IMG/VR virus record: IMGVR_UViG_3300047471_000162
Span: 32,001-96,000 of that record
Direction: 5' to 3' (one strand)
DNA: 64,000 nucleotides
Source: a virus
The translations under genes and the position numbers were made by a program. Position 1 is the stretch's first letter. Each line of letters opens with the position of its first letter. A model generated the notes under the pieces. The model was not told the origin of the DNA. It searched no databases and saw nothing but the letters and a program-made list of their open reading frames with translations. Below, piece by piece: positions 17,451-28,336 of this stretch.

Positions 17451-20432
17451 ATGGCTGAGGAAAGCAATATCGGAGCCAGCCGCTTGCTAGGGACCAACGG
17501 TCTACAGCAGGCGGTTGATTCTTTAAGTACGCAAGTTACTAAACTCACAGAAACTGTTGGTAAAGCTGCCAACAGTTTTTCAAACATGTCCGGAGCTTCT
17601 GGTAGATCTTCCGGTGGAAGCACTACAGGTAATAATTGGAATACTACTTCCAATAGAAATAACTATTCTTCCAACGGTGGTGGGGGTTCTTTCAGCAGTA
17701 AGGTTATGAGTCTTGCTAGTACCAACGGCGGAGGAGGTAATGGTGGTGGTGGACGTTTCTCTATGTCAGGTGGTAGTGCTGCTGGGGGATCTAAGTTTGC
17801 TGGGGCTGTAGCTGTTGGTGCTGGTGTAGCTGCTGGCTTGACTAATTATGGTAATCAGAATATGTCTACCAATATGCAGATGGATATGTTTAATGCATAC
17901 TCCAATGTGGCTGGTGGTGGTAATAGTATGACCGCCAGACATATGGTATTCGATAACAATAATCTAGCCCTTGATGTCAATGATGCGGCACAGGCGGCAT
18001 ATACAAATGCCTTCACTTTTGGTAATGCGCAATTCGGTGGACAAGCTAATCCTGCTTTTCAAAGAGGTATGGCACAGACACAAGGATTTGGATACGCTAG
18101 TCCTACCTTAGGTGCCAATGCTGCTGCTCAAGCTGCACAGCAAACTTATTCCCCGCGCTCTCAGGTGATGTCTCAGGTTCTAGGACTTCGTGCACCTATC
18201 GGTCCTGGAGGAGTAAAGAACTCTATGAGCAGTATTGCTCAGTCTATTTATACTCAGACGTTTGGAAATAAGGCAGTAAGTCAAAAGGGCTTTAATGCTT
18301 CTATTTCTCAGGGTGGCTCCCTAGCTGTAAATCTACAGTATATGGGACAGCAGATGGGATGGAATCAGACAACCATTCAGGAGTATCAAAACTACCTCCA
18401 AGGGATGAACGCTGCTCAGAATAATGGTATGTCAGTTAGTCAGTATGACACTCTTAGTCAGCAGGCTTCTCAAGGAAATAAGAATGCTATCAATAAGCTA
18501 TCTCAGACTACTAGTCTTGGATCTTCTATGTTTGAGAATCAAAGAAATCTTAGTGCCTCTCGTGTAACTAGACAGAGCGATATCTTGGATACCTTAGCTC
18601 CAGCATTTGATAATGCTACGCAGAAAGTTAATGACTTCAGTAATGCACTTACCAACTTTCTAAAGACTACACATTTGGATAGCGCCGTAGGATCCGGGGG
18701 TGGTTGGGGTAGTGCCCTCTCTGGGGGCATGGGAGGGCTCTCTAGCGGCTTCGGAATGGGCTCAGGTCTCCTAACTGCTGCGCGCTTATTTAAGGGTGGT
18801 GGGGGTGGCGTTATGGGTCTTCTAGGCCGTGGCGGTGGCGGGGGTGCACTGAGTGCCGCACGCGGTATATCAGGTTTAGGCGCTGCTGGTGGGGGTGGCT
18901 TATTAGGTGGCAGCGCTATTGGTTTAGGTGCCGTGGGTACAGCCTTAGCTGGATACTTTGGATGGCAAAGCGCTACACAAAGCGGTGGAGTTGCTGATTT
19001 TATGGCCAAGCATGCTTCTGCCTTTGGAGTTTTTGGGCAAGCAGCTGGTCTAGGTCAAGGTGCACACAGATGGTATGACAAGCTAATAACTGGTAAGGAT
19101 AAGGAAAGTTTCTGGGATCTATTTGCTCCTGGCCAAGAAAAAAGAACTACAACCACTGATGGTAGAAATGGTGGAGGATCTAATGCCACCCCTGGTGGCG
19201 GAGGAGTAGGAACTTCTTCAAGTGGTGGTTCAGCTAATACAGGTACCAATGCCGCACAGATTATTAAATTTGCTGAGTCACAATTAGGTGTTCCCTATCT
19301 ATGGGGTGGAGAATCCCCCGGCAAGGGAATGGACTGTTCTGGATTAGTGCAGTGGGCTTTCGGTAAGGCTGGAGTAAAGTTACCTAGAACTTCTGAAGAG
19401 CAGCAAAAGGTAGGATCATCTGTAGCGATTAATAATACTCAGCCAGGAGATCTACTATTCGCGGGTAATCCTGCTCACCACGTAGCTATTGCTCTTGGTA
19501 ATGGGCAGCTTATTGAGGCTCCGCATTCTGGTGCTAATGTTCGTATTAGATCTTATGGTGCTTCTGAGTTTACTTCTGCATCTCGTGTGGTAAACACTAT
19601 AGGTAACACTGGTGATCTACTCAATAACAATAGCTCAGGTAATACAAATACTTTGAATAATCAGCAGAGAACATCTGGCGGTAATATTGGTGCCTATGCT
19701 GGAACTAGTGAAGCCGCTGCTATTGCTTCTGCTCTTGCGGGATCTATTGCAAGTATGCCTATCTCTTCAGGATCTAAGTCAGCTGGTGGAACTAGTGGAA
19801 CAACTCCAGTAGGCTCTAATCCACAGGGTAATGGTCAGAATGATCAAGCATCATTGCAAGCATATGCCAAGCAGTTACTATCACAGTATGGCTGGGGAGA
19901 TCAGTGGAATTCTTTTAATGCTCTTGTTATGTCTGAGTCCAGCTGGGATGTTCATGCAAAGAATTCTTCGTCTGGAGCTTATGGTTTAGCTCAAGCACTT
20001 CCTGCAAGTAAGTATGGTTCTGCTGGCAGTGACTGGCAGTCCAATGGAGATACACAGCTTCAATGGATGATGGGATATATCAAGGAACGTTATACCAATC
20101 CTAATAACGCCTGGTCATTCCACCAGAAGAATAACTGGTATGACACAGGCGCTTGGAGTATTGATAAGGATCAGAAGGCTGTAGTCCACCAGGGAGAAAT
20201 GATTATTCCGGCGCAGCAGGCAGAGACTATCCGTCAAGTGCTTTTGAATAATTCATTCAACCCAAATAATAATAAGAGTAATTCTGGGCATGGACTTGTT
20301 ATTAGTAATATATCTGTACAGATGCCTAATGGATATTCTGGCTCCGCACAAGAAGCGAAGATGACTGGTAAGATGGTCGTTGACGCTATTGTTAGTGATA
20401 CTCGAATCAAGAATTTGCAGAAGGGACAGTAA
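17451..20432 (+). CDS. Tape measure protein with NlpC/P60 and lytic transglycosylase domains
   Basis: G/A-rich body; LGVPYLWGG..DCSGL..HHVAI (NlpC/P60); MSESSW..NSSSGAYGLAQ (SLT-like). Confidence 0.88.
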   Translation: MAEESNIGASRLLGTNGLQQAVDSLSTQVTKLTETVGKAANSFSNMSGASGRSSGGSTTGNNWNTTSNRNNYSSNGGGGSFSSKVMSLASTNGGGGNGGGGRFSMSGGSAAGGSKFAGAVAVGAGVAAGLTNYGNQNMSTNMQMDMFNAYSNVAGGGNSMTARHMVFDNNNLALDVNDAAQAAYTNAFTFGNAQFGGQANPAFQRGMAQTQGFGYASPTLGANAAAQAAQQTYSPRSQVMSQVLGLRAPIGPGGVKNSMSSIAQSIYTQTFGNKAVSQKGFNASISQGGSLAVNLQYMGQQMGWNQTTIQEYQNYLQGMNAAQNNGMSVSQYDTLSQQASQGNKNAINKLSQTTSLGSSMFENQRNLSASRVTRQSDILDTLAPAFDNATQKVNDFSNALTNFLKTTHLDSAVGSGGGWGSALSGGMGGLSSGFGMGSGLLTAARLFKGGGGGVMGLLGRGGGGGALSAARGISGLGAAGGGGLLGGSAIGLGAVGTALAGYFGWQSATQSGGVADFMAKHASAFGVFGQAAGLGQGAHRWYDKLITGKDKESFWDLFAPGQEKRTTTTDGRNGGGSNATPGGGGVGTSSSGGSANTGTNAAQIIKFAESQLGVPYLWGGESPGKGMDCSGLVQWAFGKAGVKLPRTSEEQQKVGSSVAINNTQPGDLLFAGNPAHHVAIALGNGQLIEAPHSGANVRIRSYGASEFTSASRVVNTIGNTGDLLNNNSSGNTNTLNNQQRTSGGNIGAYAGTSEAAAIASALAGSIASMPISSGSKSAGGTSGTTPVGSNPQGNGQNDQASLQAYAKQLLSQYGWGDQWNSFNALVMSESSWDVHAKNSSSGAYGLAQALPASKYGSAGSDWQSNGDTQLQWMMGYIKERYTNPNNAWSFHQKNNWYDTGAWSIDKDQKAVVHQGEMIIPAQQAETIRQVLLNNSFNPNNNKSNSGHGLVISNISVQMPNGYSGSAQEAKMTGKMVVDAIVSDTRIKNLQKGQ

Positions 20433-21172
20433 TGGGAACTACCGAACCAATCTCTGGTACATACCAGACAATCTCTGGACAGCCAGGATATGGTATTGTG
20501 CAGAACCCCCCGTTCCATCCTAATATTCTTAATATTCCACTACGACAGTTATCTACGAATTCCCCAGGTAGTTATGACTATTCCCTGTACAGAGGCTTAA
20601 TGTCCACAAGAGCTATACAGGGACCGGGTCTTCCAGCTAATCAGTACAAGGTTAATTTTCTCTATAATCCTTCTACTATTGCAGAGTCTAGATCTTTAGA
20701 TCTTAATAATCAGATCTATCCTTCCTACGCTAGAAATCCAGATGATCCTGGTCAACACAAGACAGGACTAAATGCAACAGTTTCATTTAGTCTACTGTTC
20801 GATAGAACGTATGAGCTTTGGGATAGTTCTTATGTAGGAACTGATGCAGGAACATATGGAGTCATGGTAGATGTTAATGCTTTCTATAATCTATTAAATA
20901 TTAATCAGGTTAATGTAAATTCTCCAGTCTCTTTGGCAACTAGTGAGTTTGCTGCGCAGAATAAATTCGCCTTAATAGTACAAGGAACTATGTCCGCCAT
21001 TCCTATAGATCTTTATTTTGGTTATCAGTCTGCTGGTGCTCTTAAGTACTTTGGCTACGTAACTGAATTCGATATCACATATACTCACTTCACTCAGAAG
21101 ATGGTGCCACAGAGATGTGCTATTAACGTAGGCTTCCAGGTAATGTCTGAGACATTTAACAACGTAAGTTAA
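20432..21172 (+). CDS. Baseplate tube-initiator-like protein
   Basis: FLYNPSTI, FSLLFDRT, YTHFTQKMVPQRC motifs; follows the tape measure. Confidence 0.65.
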   Translation: MGTTEPISGTYQTISGQPGYGIVQNPPFHPNILNIPLRQLSTNSPGSYDYSLYRGLMSTRAIQGPGLPANQYKVNFLYNPSTIAESRSLDLNNQIYPSYARNPDDPGQHKTGLNATVSFSLLFDRTYELWDSSYVGTDAGTYGVMVDVNAFYNLLNINQVNVNSPVSLATSEFAAQNKFALIVQGTMSAIPIDLYFGYQSAGALKYFGYVTEFDITYTHFTQKMVPQRCAINVGFQVMSETFNNVS

Positions 21173-21181
21173 GGAGGAATA

Positions 21182-21460
21182 ATGCCAATAAGTCCATACA
21201 GTAGATATGCTGATAACACTGTGGTCTCTCTTGTAGACCACAACGGAATAACTCGTCCAACTATTATTATCGAAACCCCTAACGAACGTAAGGTAAGTTT
21301 TAGTACCTACACTTGGAAGCTGGGGGATCAGATAGAATACTTGGCCTTCTCCGCTTATGGTGATGAATTAGCCTGGTGGATTATAGCGAATGCTAATCCA
21401 GAGATTCTATTTTGGGATAGCTTAACTCCCGGAGTTACCGTGAGGGTGCCTAATGCTTAG
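21182..21460 (+). CDS. LysM-like baseplate protein
   Basis: GDQIEYLAFSAYGDELAWWIIANANP. Confidence 0.8.
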   Translation: MPISPYSRYADNTVVSLVDHNGITRPTIIIETPNERKVSFSTYTWKLGDQIEYLAFSAYGDELAWWIIANANPEILFWDSLTPGVTVRVPNA

Positions 21461-22700
21461 TACTATTCCTGCCTTACCGTATTTTGAGGTGATAGTGGAT
21501 GGAATATATCTAAAGCAATACGCTTCCAAGGTACAGATTATTCAGGAGACTAACTCTCACCCCGTAGCCTTACTAGACGTACAGTATATTGGAAAGAAGT
21601 CTGTACAGGGTGCACCCGGAGTTAGAGGATCTTGGGCATATATAAAGGAACAGACTCCAATAACAATTAACTATGGTTTTAAGCCAGGACGTATTGCTCA
21701 GTTCCTTGGCTATGTGGCATCGTACACGTTGATCAAGTCTGGTTCAGATCTGGCGCAGAATGGACTAATCACTACCACTGTTCAGTACACATTGGTAGGT
21801 GCCTCTCAAATTATGCAGACTACAAAGAATAGAGCATGGAAGCACATCAGTCCTTCTGCTATTGCTGCTTCCATAGCTACTGAGAATGGTTTTAGATCTG
21901 TTATTCATCCATACCAAGCGGCTGTAGACTATCGCTTACAAAATGTAAGTGACTTCCAGTTTCTAAACCAGTTGGCTAATGAAATAGGTTATCGCTTCTA
22001 TGTGGATAATACTGATCTATACTTTATTAATCCTAAGTTAATTCTGGATAGATCTAATATAAGAAATATTCCACAGTTCTGGTTCTACAATAATCCTGGA
22101 CTCTACGACACTCTTAGAAATTTTCAACCTATCGTAGGAACTATTACTCCTGATGGTGGTATTGTTGCCAATAGAACTATCACAGGTATTAATCCTCAGA
22201 CTAAGAATTTAGTTAATGCTTCGGATCAACTGAAGCTTACTACTTCTGCTACCTCATTAATGTCTCCACCGGCTACGCCAACTATTACTAAATATTACAA
22301 TGCATTTCCTGCTGATTCTTTCTTTGAAGCTCAGCAAAAAATTGTGGCTGATACTAATAGAAATCTTTACTGGATTACAGCAGATTGTGAACTGCGTGGA
22401 GACTTCAGAGTTAAGCCAAATGTTCTAGTAGAGCTTGTAGGTTCGGCACTTCCATTATCCGAAGCGGGTTTTTGGTTAGTACAGTGTTCAACACATTGTC
22501 TAACGATGCCAGCACCCACGGGTAATAAGGTAGATGCTACATACAATATCTATTCTCAGTTGGTAAGAGATCAAGTCTATGCGGCTACAACTGTAGTTTC
22601 TCCTTCGGATACTTCTTCAGTTGTACAGAAAGTACCAGCGGCTTTAGTCGGTGGCGTATGGAGATCATCTAATATAGGGGCGCAGATTCATGCAAGCTAG
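21453..22700 (+). CDS. Baseplate hub (gpD/gp27-like)
   Basis: SDFQFLNQLANEIGYRFYV motif. Confidence 0.8.
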   Translation: MLSTIPALPYFEVIVDGIYLKQYASKVQIIQETNSHPVALLDVQYIGKKSVQGAPGVRGSWAYIKEQTPITINYGFKPGRIAQFLGYVASYTLIKSGSDLAQNGLITTTVQYTLVGASQIMQTTKNRAWKHISPSAIAASIATENGFRSVIHPYQAAVDYRLQNVSDFQFLNQLANEIGYRFYVDNTDLYFINPKLILDRSNIRNIPQFWFYNNPGLYDTLRNFQPIVGTITPDGGIVANRTITGINPQTKNLVNASDQLKLTTSATSLMSPPATPTITKYYNAFPADSFFEAQQKIVADTNRNLYWITADCELRGDFRVKPNVLVELVGSALPLSEAGFWLVQCSTHCLTMPAPTGNKVDATYNIYSQLVRDQVYAATTVVSPSDTSSVVQKVPAALVGGVWRSSNIGAQIHAS

Positions 22701-23265
22701 TTTCTTAGGAACGTATAGAGCTATCGTCACTGCTATCTCTGATCCGCTAGGTACTAGAAGAGTACGTGTTCAGTGCCCACAGATATCTGGTTTGGCTGAA
22801 CTAAACTGGGCAGAACCTGCTAGAGTCTATGATCCTATTCCTAATATAGGAGATATCGTATGGATCTACTTCAATGGCGGAGAAACTAATAAGCCTATCT
22901 ATGCCATCTCTTCTAATCCATATTTTTGGCACACGCCTTCTCTTTCCTCTGGTTGGGCTTTAGGGCCTGGCGGTGGATCAGCTCAACCCCTGGAGTTTAG
23001 AAAAGATACACAAGATAATATTTTTATTACTGGGGTAATTCATACCACTTCGATTACTCCGTCTAATCCTATCTTTACTTTGCCCCCTGGTTTTACTCCG
23101 AAGATAGAGCAGAGATTCCCAGCGATATATAATAATGGTGGCTCTATATCTGCGCTGCTGATGTCAGTAACTATTGGCGGGGCTGTAACAGTATCTCCTT
23201 TTCCATCAGCTTCTGGGGCAGATGTACAGACCAGCATATTCTTTCCTCTAGGCAATATAGCCTAA
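22690..23265 (+). CDS. Baseplate spike (gp5/gpV OB-fold)
   Basis: GTYRAIVT..DPLGTRRVRVQCP..PNIGDIVWIYFNGG..KPIY. Confidence 0.8.
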   Translation: MQASFLGTYRAIVTAISDPLGTRRVRVQCPQISGLAELNWAEPARVYDPIPNIGDIVWIYFNGGETNKPIYAISSNPYFWHTPSLSSGWALGPGGGSAQPLEFRKDTQDNIFITGVIHTTSITPSNPIFTLPPGFTPKIEQRFPAIYNNGGSISALLMSVTIGGAVTVSPFPSASGADVQTSIFFPLGNIA

Positions 23266-23289
23266 CTACTATTATGGGATAATGACTTT

Positions 23290-23709
23290 ATGGGTATTCA
23301 AATGACTATCCCATTTACAGTTCTCTCCAATGGAGCTGTATCTGTGGAAACAAATAATGATATACAGGTAGGCCAAAGAGTCCACGCATTAGTCTCTACT
23401 GAAATAGGTCAGAGACCAATGCGCGCTGCCTTAGGACTGCCGCTATCCAGATTACTATTTGGTGTCGCAGATAATTTAGTAACAGCAGAACTAAGAGATC
23501 AAGTCACACAGCAGTTAAATAGTTATGAACCTGGTATTAATGTACTATCAGTTGTTCCTATTACAAAGCATTCAAAGGATGGTCAAGCAGAAATCAAGGT
23601 TAACTATCAGCCTGTTCTTCAAGGTTCTTCTGCTAAGGCAATTTCAGACACTGTAGTTATCGAAGTTGGCGGAACAGTAAAGGAAGTAACACTTAATGGC
23701 AACGGTTAA
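23290..23709 (+). CDS. Baseplate wedge, gp25/gpW-like
   Basis: TEIGQRPMR...YEP motifs. Confidence 0.8.
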   Translation: MGIQMTIPFTVLSNGAVSVETNNDIQVGQRVHALVSTEIGQRPMRAALGLPLSRLLFGVADNLVTAELRDQVTQQLNSYEPGINVLSVVPITKHSKDGQAEIKVNYQPVLQGSSAKAISDTVVIEVGGTVKEVTLNGNG

Positions 23710-25231
23710 TGCTGGAGTACCAGCGATTGATTATACTTCTAAGGATTATGCGGGATTCATATCCTCCATGTTTGCGTACGCTACTACAGCGTTCCCTGAA
23801 TGGACTAATCAGAATCCGGGCAGTTTGGAAGTTATGCTCTTGGAGTCTTTTGCCAGAGAGCTAGATGTTCTTTCCTACTATGGAGATCGTATTGTTGCTG
23901 AGTCGTATATCGGTACAGCCACGCAACTATCCTCTGTTATTCAATTGGCTGCGCTACTTGGGTATACTCCTGGGCAGTCTGTAGCAGCGGTTGGTAACGT
24001 TACTTTTCAAACACCACCAAGCGGTGGAGCTGTAGTTATTCCGACAGGAACTCAGGTAACAACTAACTATGTAGCATCTCTTAATGCGCCAATTATCTTT
24101 GAGACACAAGCTGCTACAACTGTTCCGGCTAATGGTGGAAACTCTACAGTTAATATTGCTCAGGGTCGAACACAAGGCACAGCAGTATTTACTATAGGTA
24201 ATAACACAGTTGCACCTTTTAATGTCACCGTAGAATTACTAGGTACTTCAGATGGTAGTATTCTTCAGCAATTCAACTTGGCTAATAACCCAGTTATCAG
24301 TCAATCAGTAACTGTATATCTTCAGAACCCGTTGTATAACCCCAGTGCTCCAAGTGGTATAGATCCTATAGTTCCTTGGACTCAGGTAGCTTCTCTACAG
24401 CTAGCCAACTCAGCTAATACTGCTTGGTCAGAAACTGTAGCCGCTAATGGTGTGGTGACCGTTAATTTTGGAGACAATGTTAATGGGGCAGTTCCAGCAG
24501 CTGGTTTGAATATCTATGCCAACTATCGTGTTGGTGGAGGAATAGTTGGTAATCTTTCAGCTAACCAAGTAGTAGATATTGCTGCACCCATTACCGGAGT
24601 ATCCATTGTAGGCTCGTCAGCTACCACTGGAGGCATGGACGCAGAGACTATAGACCAGATACGTGTCAACGCTCCTAGAGCCTTTACAACGCAGCAGAGA
24701 GCCGTGACGCTGGCTGACTACGGAAGTTTGGCCATGACGCTACCAGCAGTATCCCAAGCATCAGCAGTAGCTAATAGCTATAACAACGTGACAGTCTATA
24801 TTGCCGCTTCTGGTAATACTGTCCCAACACAGGCAGTACTTGATCAGGTTATTACTTATCTTCAGCCATTGGTAATGGCGGGCACAACTGTTAGTGCTTT
24901 ACCTGCAAATTTTATTCCAGTCAATATCGGAGCTATTAGCACTCCTGTAATTGTAGGGGTTAGTGCTAGATATAGCCCCACTTCTGTGCAGATAATTGCA
25001 ATTCAGACTGTACAGAATCTATTCGCCCCGGCCAATGCAGCGTTGGGACAGAGAGTAACAGTCAGCTCAGTGTATTCTGCTTTAGCTGCTATTCCAGGTG
25101 TTACCTATGTAAGCATTCCCCTTATGGCTAGAAACGATGCGACACAATCTGGTGCCAATGATATTTTATTGCGCCCATTTGAACTCCCAGTTGCTGGTAA
25201 CATAACTATTATCGCTAACCCATCAAGCTAA
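23696..25231 (+). CDS. Baseplate J-like protein
   Basis: IDYTSKDY, FPEWT, FGDNVNG, YRVGGG, RAVTLADY. Confidence 0.88.
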   Translation: MATVNAGVPAIDYTSKDYAGFISSMFAYATTAFPEWTNQNPGSLEVMLLESFARELDVLSYYGDRIVAESYIGTATQLSSVIQLAALLGYTPGQSVAAVGNVTFQTPPSGGAVVIPTGTQVTTNYVASLNAPIIFETQAATTVPANGGNSTVNIAQGRTQGTAVFTIGNNTVAPFNVTVELLGTSDGSILQQFNLANNPVISQSVTVYLQNPLYNPSAPSGIDPIVPWTQVASLQLANSANTAWSETVAANGVVTVNFGDNVNGAVPAAGLNIYANYRVGGGIVGNLSANQVVDIAAPITGVSIVGSSATTGGMDAETIDQIRVNAPRAFTTQQRAVTLADYGSLAMTLPAVSQASAVANSYNNVTVYIAASGNTVPTQAVLDQVITYLQPLVMAGTTVSALPANFIPVNIGAISTPVIVGVSARYSPTSVQIIAIQTVQNLFAPANAALGQRVTVSSVYSALAAIPGVTYVSIPLMARNDATQSGANDILLRPFELPVAGNITIIANPSS

Positions 25232-25240
25232 GGAGAACAC

Positions 25241-25933
25241 ATGGTTGCGATTTATCCCACTGCATTAAAGTCTTTTGCATACCGTCAAGACTTTACCGAA
25301 TTAGTAGAAGCGGCAGATATTAATGTCGCGTATGATGAAATAGGTGCGGTAGAAAGTACACTTGGTGTTCTTCCTAATTCAGATACATTAGATGGTTCAA
25401 CAGTTACTTGGCCAACAGTTAAGGCTAATATATCTGCTGCCAGAAACGGTGTTACAAAGCCTATATGTAAGCTACGTACTGTAGACACACTAGTTCCTTA
25501 TGGTGGACCTAGTGGAACAGGTATCTATGCAGCTTTTAATAGTGCAATATGGGATACTCATGGTATGTGGCAGGGAGGTTCTACTATTATCTGCCCACGC
25601 ACAGGATGGTATAACTTCCAATTCTATGCAGAGTGGCAGTATGCCGCTTTTCCATTTGATAATAGCGTTCCACAGTATGAGCATTCTGGGTACGCTTCAG
25701 TAGGTTTACAGCAACTACCTAATAGCTTGTATATTACTGGCTCTAATCACTTTGTTTCCCAGGGGGCTCAGTTTGCTATTAGAAGCTCAGGATCTATATC
25801 TGCTCCGTGGTTCAAGGGCACTTCCCTATCTGCTCAACTGGCACAAACAGTAAGAAGCAGTAGCTCTCAACCATGCAATCTATATCTATCGATAACTTAT
25901 GAACGTGATGCTCCAACAACGAATAATATGTAA
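25241..25933 (+). CDS. Minor tail protein
   Basis: EIGAVESTLG N-terminus; WDTHGMW..CPRTGWY domain seen in actinophage tail proteins. Confidence 0.6.
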   Translation: MVAIYPTALKSFAYRQDFTELVEAADINVAYDEIGAVESTLGVLPNSDTLDGSTVTWPTVKANISAARNGVTKPICKLRTVDTLVPYGGPSGTGIYAAFNSAIWDTHGMWQGGSTIICPRTGWYNFQFYAEWQYAAFPFDNSVPQYEHSGYASVGLQQLPNSLYITGSNHFVSQGAQFAIRSSGSISAPWFKGTSLSAQLAQTVRSSSSQPCNLYLSITYERDAPTTNNM

Positions 25934-25945
25934 GAGAGGCTAAGT

Positions 25946-28336
25946 ATGAGTAACGGCTACGGTGTTGATTTCTTTGGAGTAGCTACCTATGGCTATTCCC
26001 AGCCATCTGATTACAGCGTAGCTCCATTCAATGCATATCAAACAGACTATTTAAAAATTACACTGAAGTGGCTATCTCCTAATAAGACATTATGGAAGTC
26101 TCTTCAATTAGTACGAAGTGTATATGGCTATCCTTCTTCACCTGCTGATGGTGTGCAGCTACTAACAGTAGTACCATCTGCTATGACAAATACATATGAT
26201 GATACTAATCTAACCGCTGGAAAAATTTACTATTACACCATGTTCTTGAGCCTGGAAGCCCCTACATGGTCCAATGCAAATACCTATGGTGTTGGTCAAG
26301 TAGTTCTTTACAATAATCAGTATTGGTCCAGTCTTACTGTTGGAAATATTAATAACACTCCAGTAGTCGGATCCTCATTTTGGCAGAGCACTGTATACCA
26401 GCCTATTTGGTATCCCGCTGGCTATACTGCTAGCTTAGCCCTGAAGAACTATGGATATACCTCTCTTCTATACAACAGAACTCCTCAGCCCTATAAGGTT
26501 TCTAATTCTGATCTATTTGCTAACACTGTTGTAGATAATCCAGCGCTGTTCCACTACCTATCTTTGTTCGGTTTCCACCTGGATATGACCAAGACGGAAT
26601 ATGATCTCTATCTTCAGGGAAATAATCCAGATATTATCTCGGCAGTATCCTTGGATGTATTAGGACAGCAACTTGGTTTTACTACTGACTATATTTCTTC
26701 TCCCCAGTTACGTCGTCAACGAGTTAAGAATACGACTGTCAACTATCGTTTAAAGGGAACTGCTCAGAGTATTCATAACGCTATAGCTGCTATAACTGGT
26801 TGGGATAGCGTTGTTACCGATAGCATTAATATGCTACAAGACGGAGATCAAGCAGCTTTTGCACACCCTAGATACGATTTATGGAATCCGGCTACTACTT
26901 ATTTTGTTAATCAACTAGTGCAATTCAACGGGTTTAATTACAAGAATCTACTTCAGTCATATGGCCAAGCTCAGGCTCCTTCAGGTACCAGCTCAGCCAA
27001 TACTTGGTGGCAAGCTCAGATCTCAGGAACTTCTTCTCAGCTGACGGATACAACAGTTCTAAAGAACCCCACCAACTATGTCTCTGGCGGACCAGACGGT
27101 ACTGGTGGATTCTCTACATGGTATCCAACTCCTACAGGTGGGTACTCCGGAACTATTCAACAGAATGGTATTGTCACTGGGCTACCACATCCTACAGATA
27201 ACACTATTAATAACTGGAATGCTCTAGCTTATGTAGATACACAGACTGCTTTATCTGTATCTCTTGCCAATTCTAGTGCTGGTATTCCTGTAGCACCTAA
27301 CTGGAGTAATTCTACTAACTATGTAATTAATAACTGGGTCACTTCTAACTCGGTTACCTATATAGCTAAAAGACCCTCCGGCCCTGGAACTCCCTATGGT
27401 TTCATAACACCTGGAACTAACGATACTTTTTGGTACGCTACATTCATTCCTATTTCTCCATCTCCAAATAGAGTGCAGTATCTGACGGATGGTGTTCCCC
27501 TAATTCAGTACCGTCAGTGGGATTCATCTATTACCTATCAAATAGGGACACAGATTCTATACTTCGGTATTGTGTACCAGGCGATTAATATTAATAAGAA
27601 TAGTAAGCCTTCTGGGTACTACTATTCAAATAAGGACTGGATTTATATACAACCTGCCGAGAATATTTATACAGCCTCCGCTTATCAGACTCGATTGACA
27701 ACGAATACAACTGCTAAGCCATCTTTTATGGATGTAGAAATTTATGACAGTCTAAATAATTCTCAAGACTTCTTTAATAATGCTACTAACTCTTTCTTAG
27801 CCAGATTCGACGGAGACTATTCAGATCTCAATGGAATTAATGACAATACTTTGGCTAGTCTAGGTCGTCCATGGACAGCCACACCGTCTACAGCCAAGCT
27901 ATGGAGATCCAATTATGGAATGGCTACTGTAGACCAGTCACTATTCGGGACTACTACATATGTATATCTAACAATCGCTTCAGGTATCTCTGATATTCTT
28001 TCTGGAATAACCTTTGTTACCGACTATACTGACGCTGCTCATATTGGTCATGGAATAATCTTTAGATTCCAAGATGCCAATAATTTCTGGTACACAACTA
28101 GAAAGACTTTGTATAAGGTTGTTGGTGGAGTAGAAACATCTATGGCTACATGGACTCGTCTATTGGATGGGGATAGAATGCTAGTGGTGACCAACGGATC
28201 AGCTATTTTGGTATACAAATATGTTCGCGATGGTACTAATACCAATGTATCGCTAGCAAATATCACTGATGCAGCGCTACAGACTGCCACCGTTCACGGA
28301 TTAATACAGAAATACTCACCATCAGGAGCTGTGTAA
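25946..28336 (+). CDS. Baseplate wedge (gpI-like) with CBM5/12-like repeats
   Basis: YRLKGT..ITGW gpI motif; four W..x..Y..V.YNG..Y..W repeats. Confidence 0.7.
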   Translation: MSNGYGVDFFGVATYGYSQPSDYSVAPFNAYQTDYLKITLKWLSPNKTLWKSLQLVRSVYGYPSSPADGVQLLTVVPSAMTNTYDDTNLTAGKIYYYTMFLSLEAPTWSNANTYGVGQVVLYNNQYWSSLTVGNINNTPVVGSSFWQSTVYQPIWYPAGYTASLALKNYGYTSLLYNRTPQPYKVSNSDLFANTVVDNPALFHYLSLFGFHLDMTKTEYDLYLQGNNPDIISAVSLDVLGQQLGFTTDYISSPQLRRQRVKNTTVNYRLKGTAQSIHNAIAAITGWDSVVTDSINMLQDGDQAAFAHPRYDLWNPATTYFVNQLVQFNGFNYKNLLQSYGQAQAPSGTSSANTWWQAQISGTSSQLTDTTVLKNPTNYVSGGPDGTGGFSTWYPTPTGGYSGTIQQNGIVTGLPHPTDNTINNWNALAYVDTQTALSVSLANSSAGIPVAPNWSNSTNYVINNWVTSNSVTYIAKRPSGPGTPYGFITPGTNDTFWYATFIPISPSPNRVQYLTDGVPLIQYRQWDSSITYQIGTQILYFGIVYQAININKNSKPSGYYYSNKDWIYIQPAENIYTASAYQTRLTTNTTAKPSFMDVEIYDSLNNSQDFFNNATNSFLARFDGDYSDLNGINDNTLASLGRPWTATPSTAKLWRSNYGMATVDQSLFGTTTYVYLTIASGISDILSGITFVTDYTDAAHIGHGIIFRFQDANNFWYTTRKTLYKVVGGVETSMATWTRLLDGDRMLVVTNGSAILVYKYVRDGTNTNVSLANITDAALQTATVHGLIQKYSPSGAV

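Noticed and set aside
13794-25231. Stand-alone contractile injection system (eCIS/tailocin)
   Set aside because: The tail genes are CIS-like but are contiguous with portal, scaffold, capsid and a full replication module, so this is a phage.
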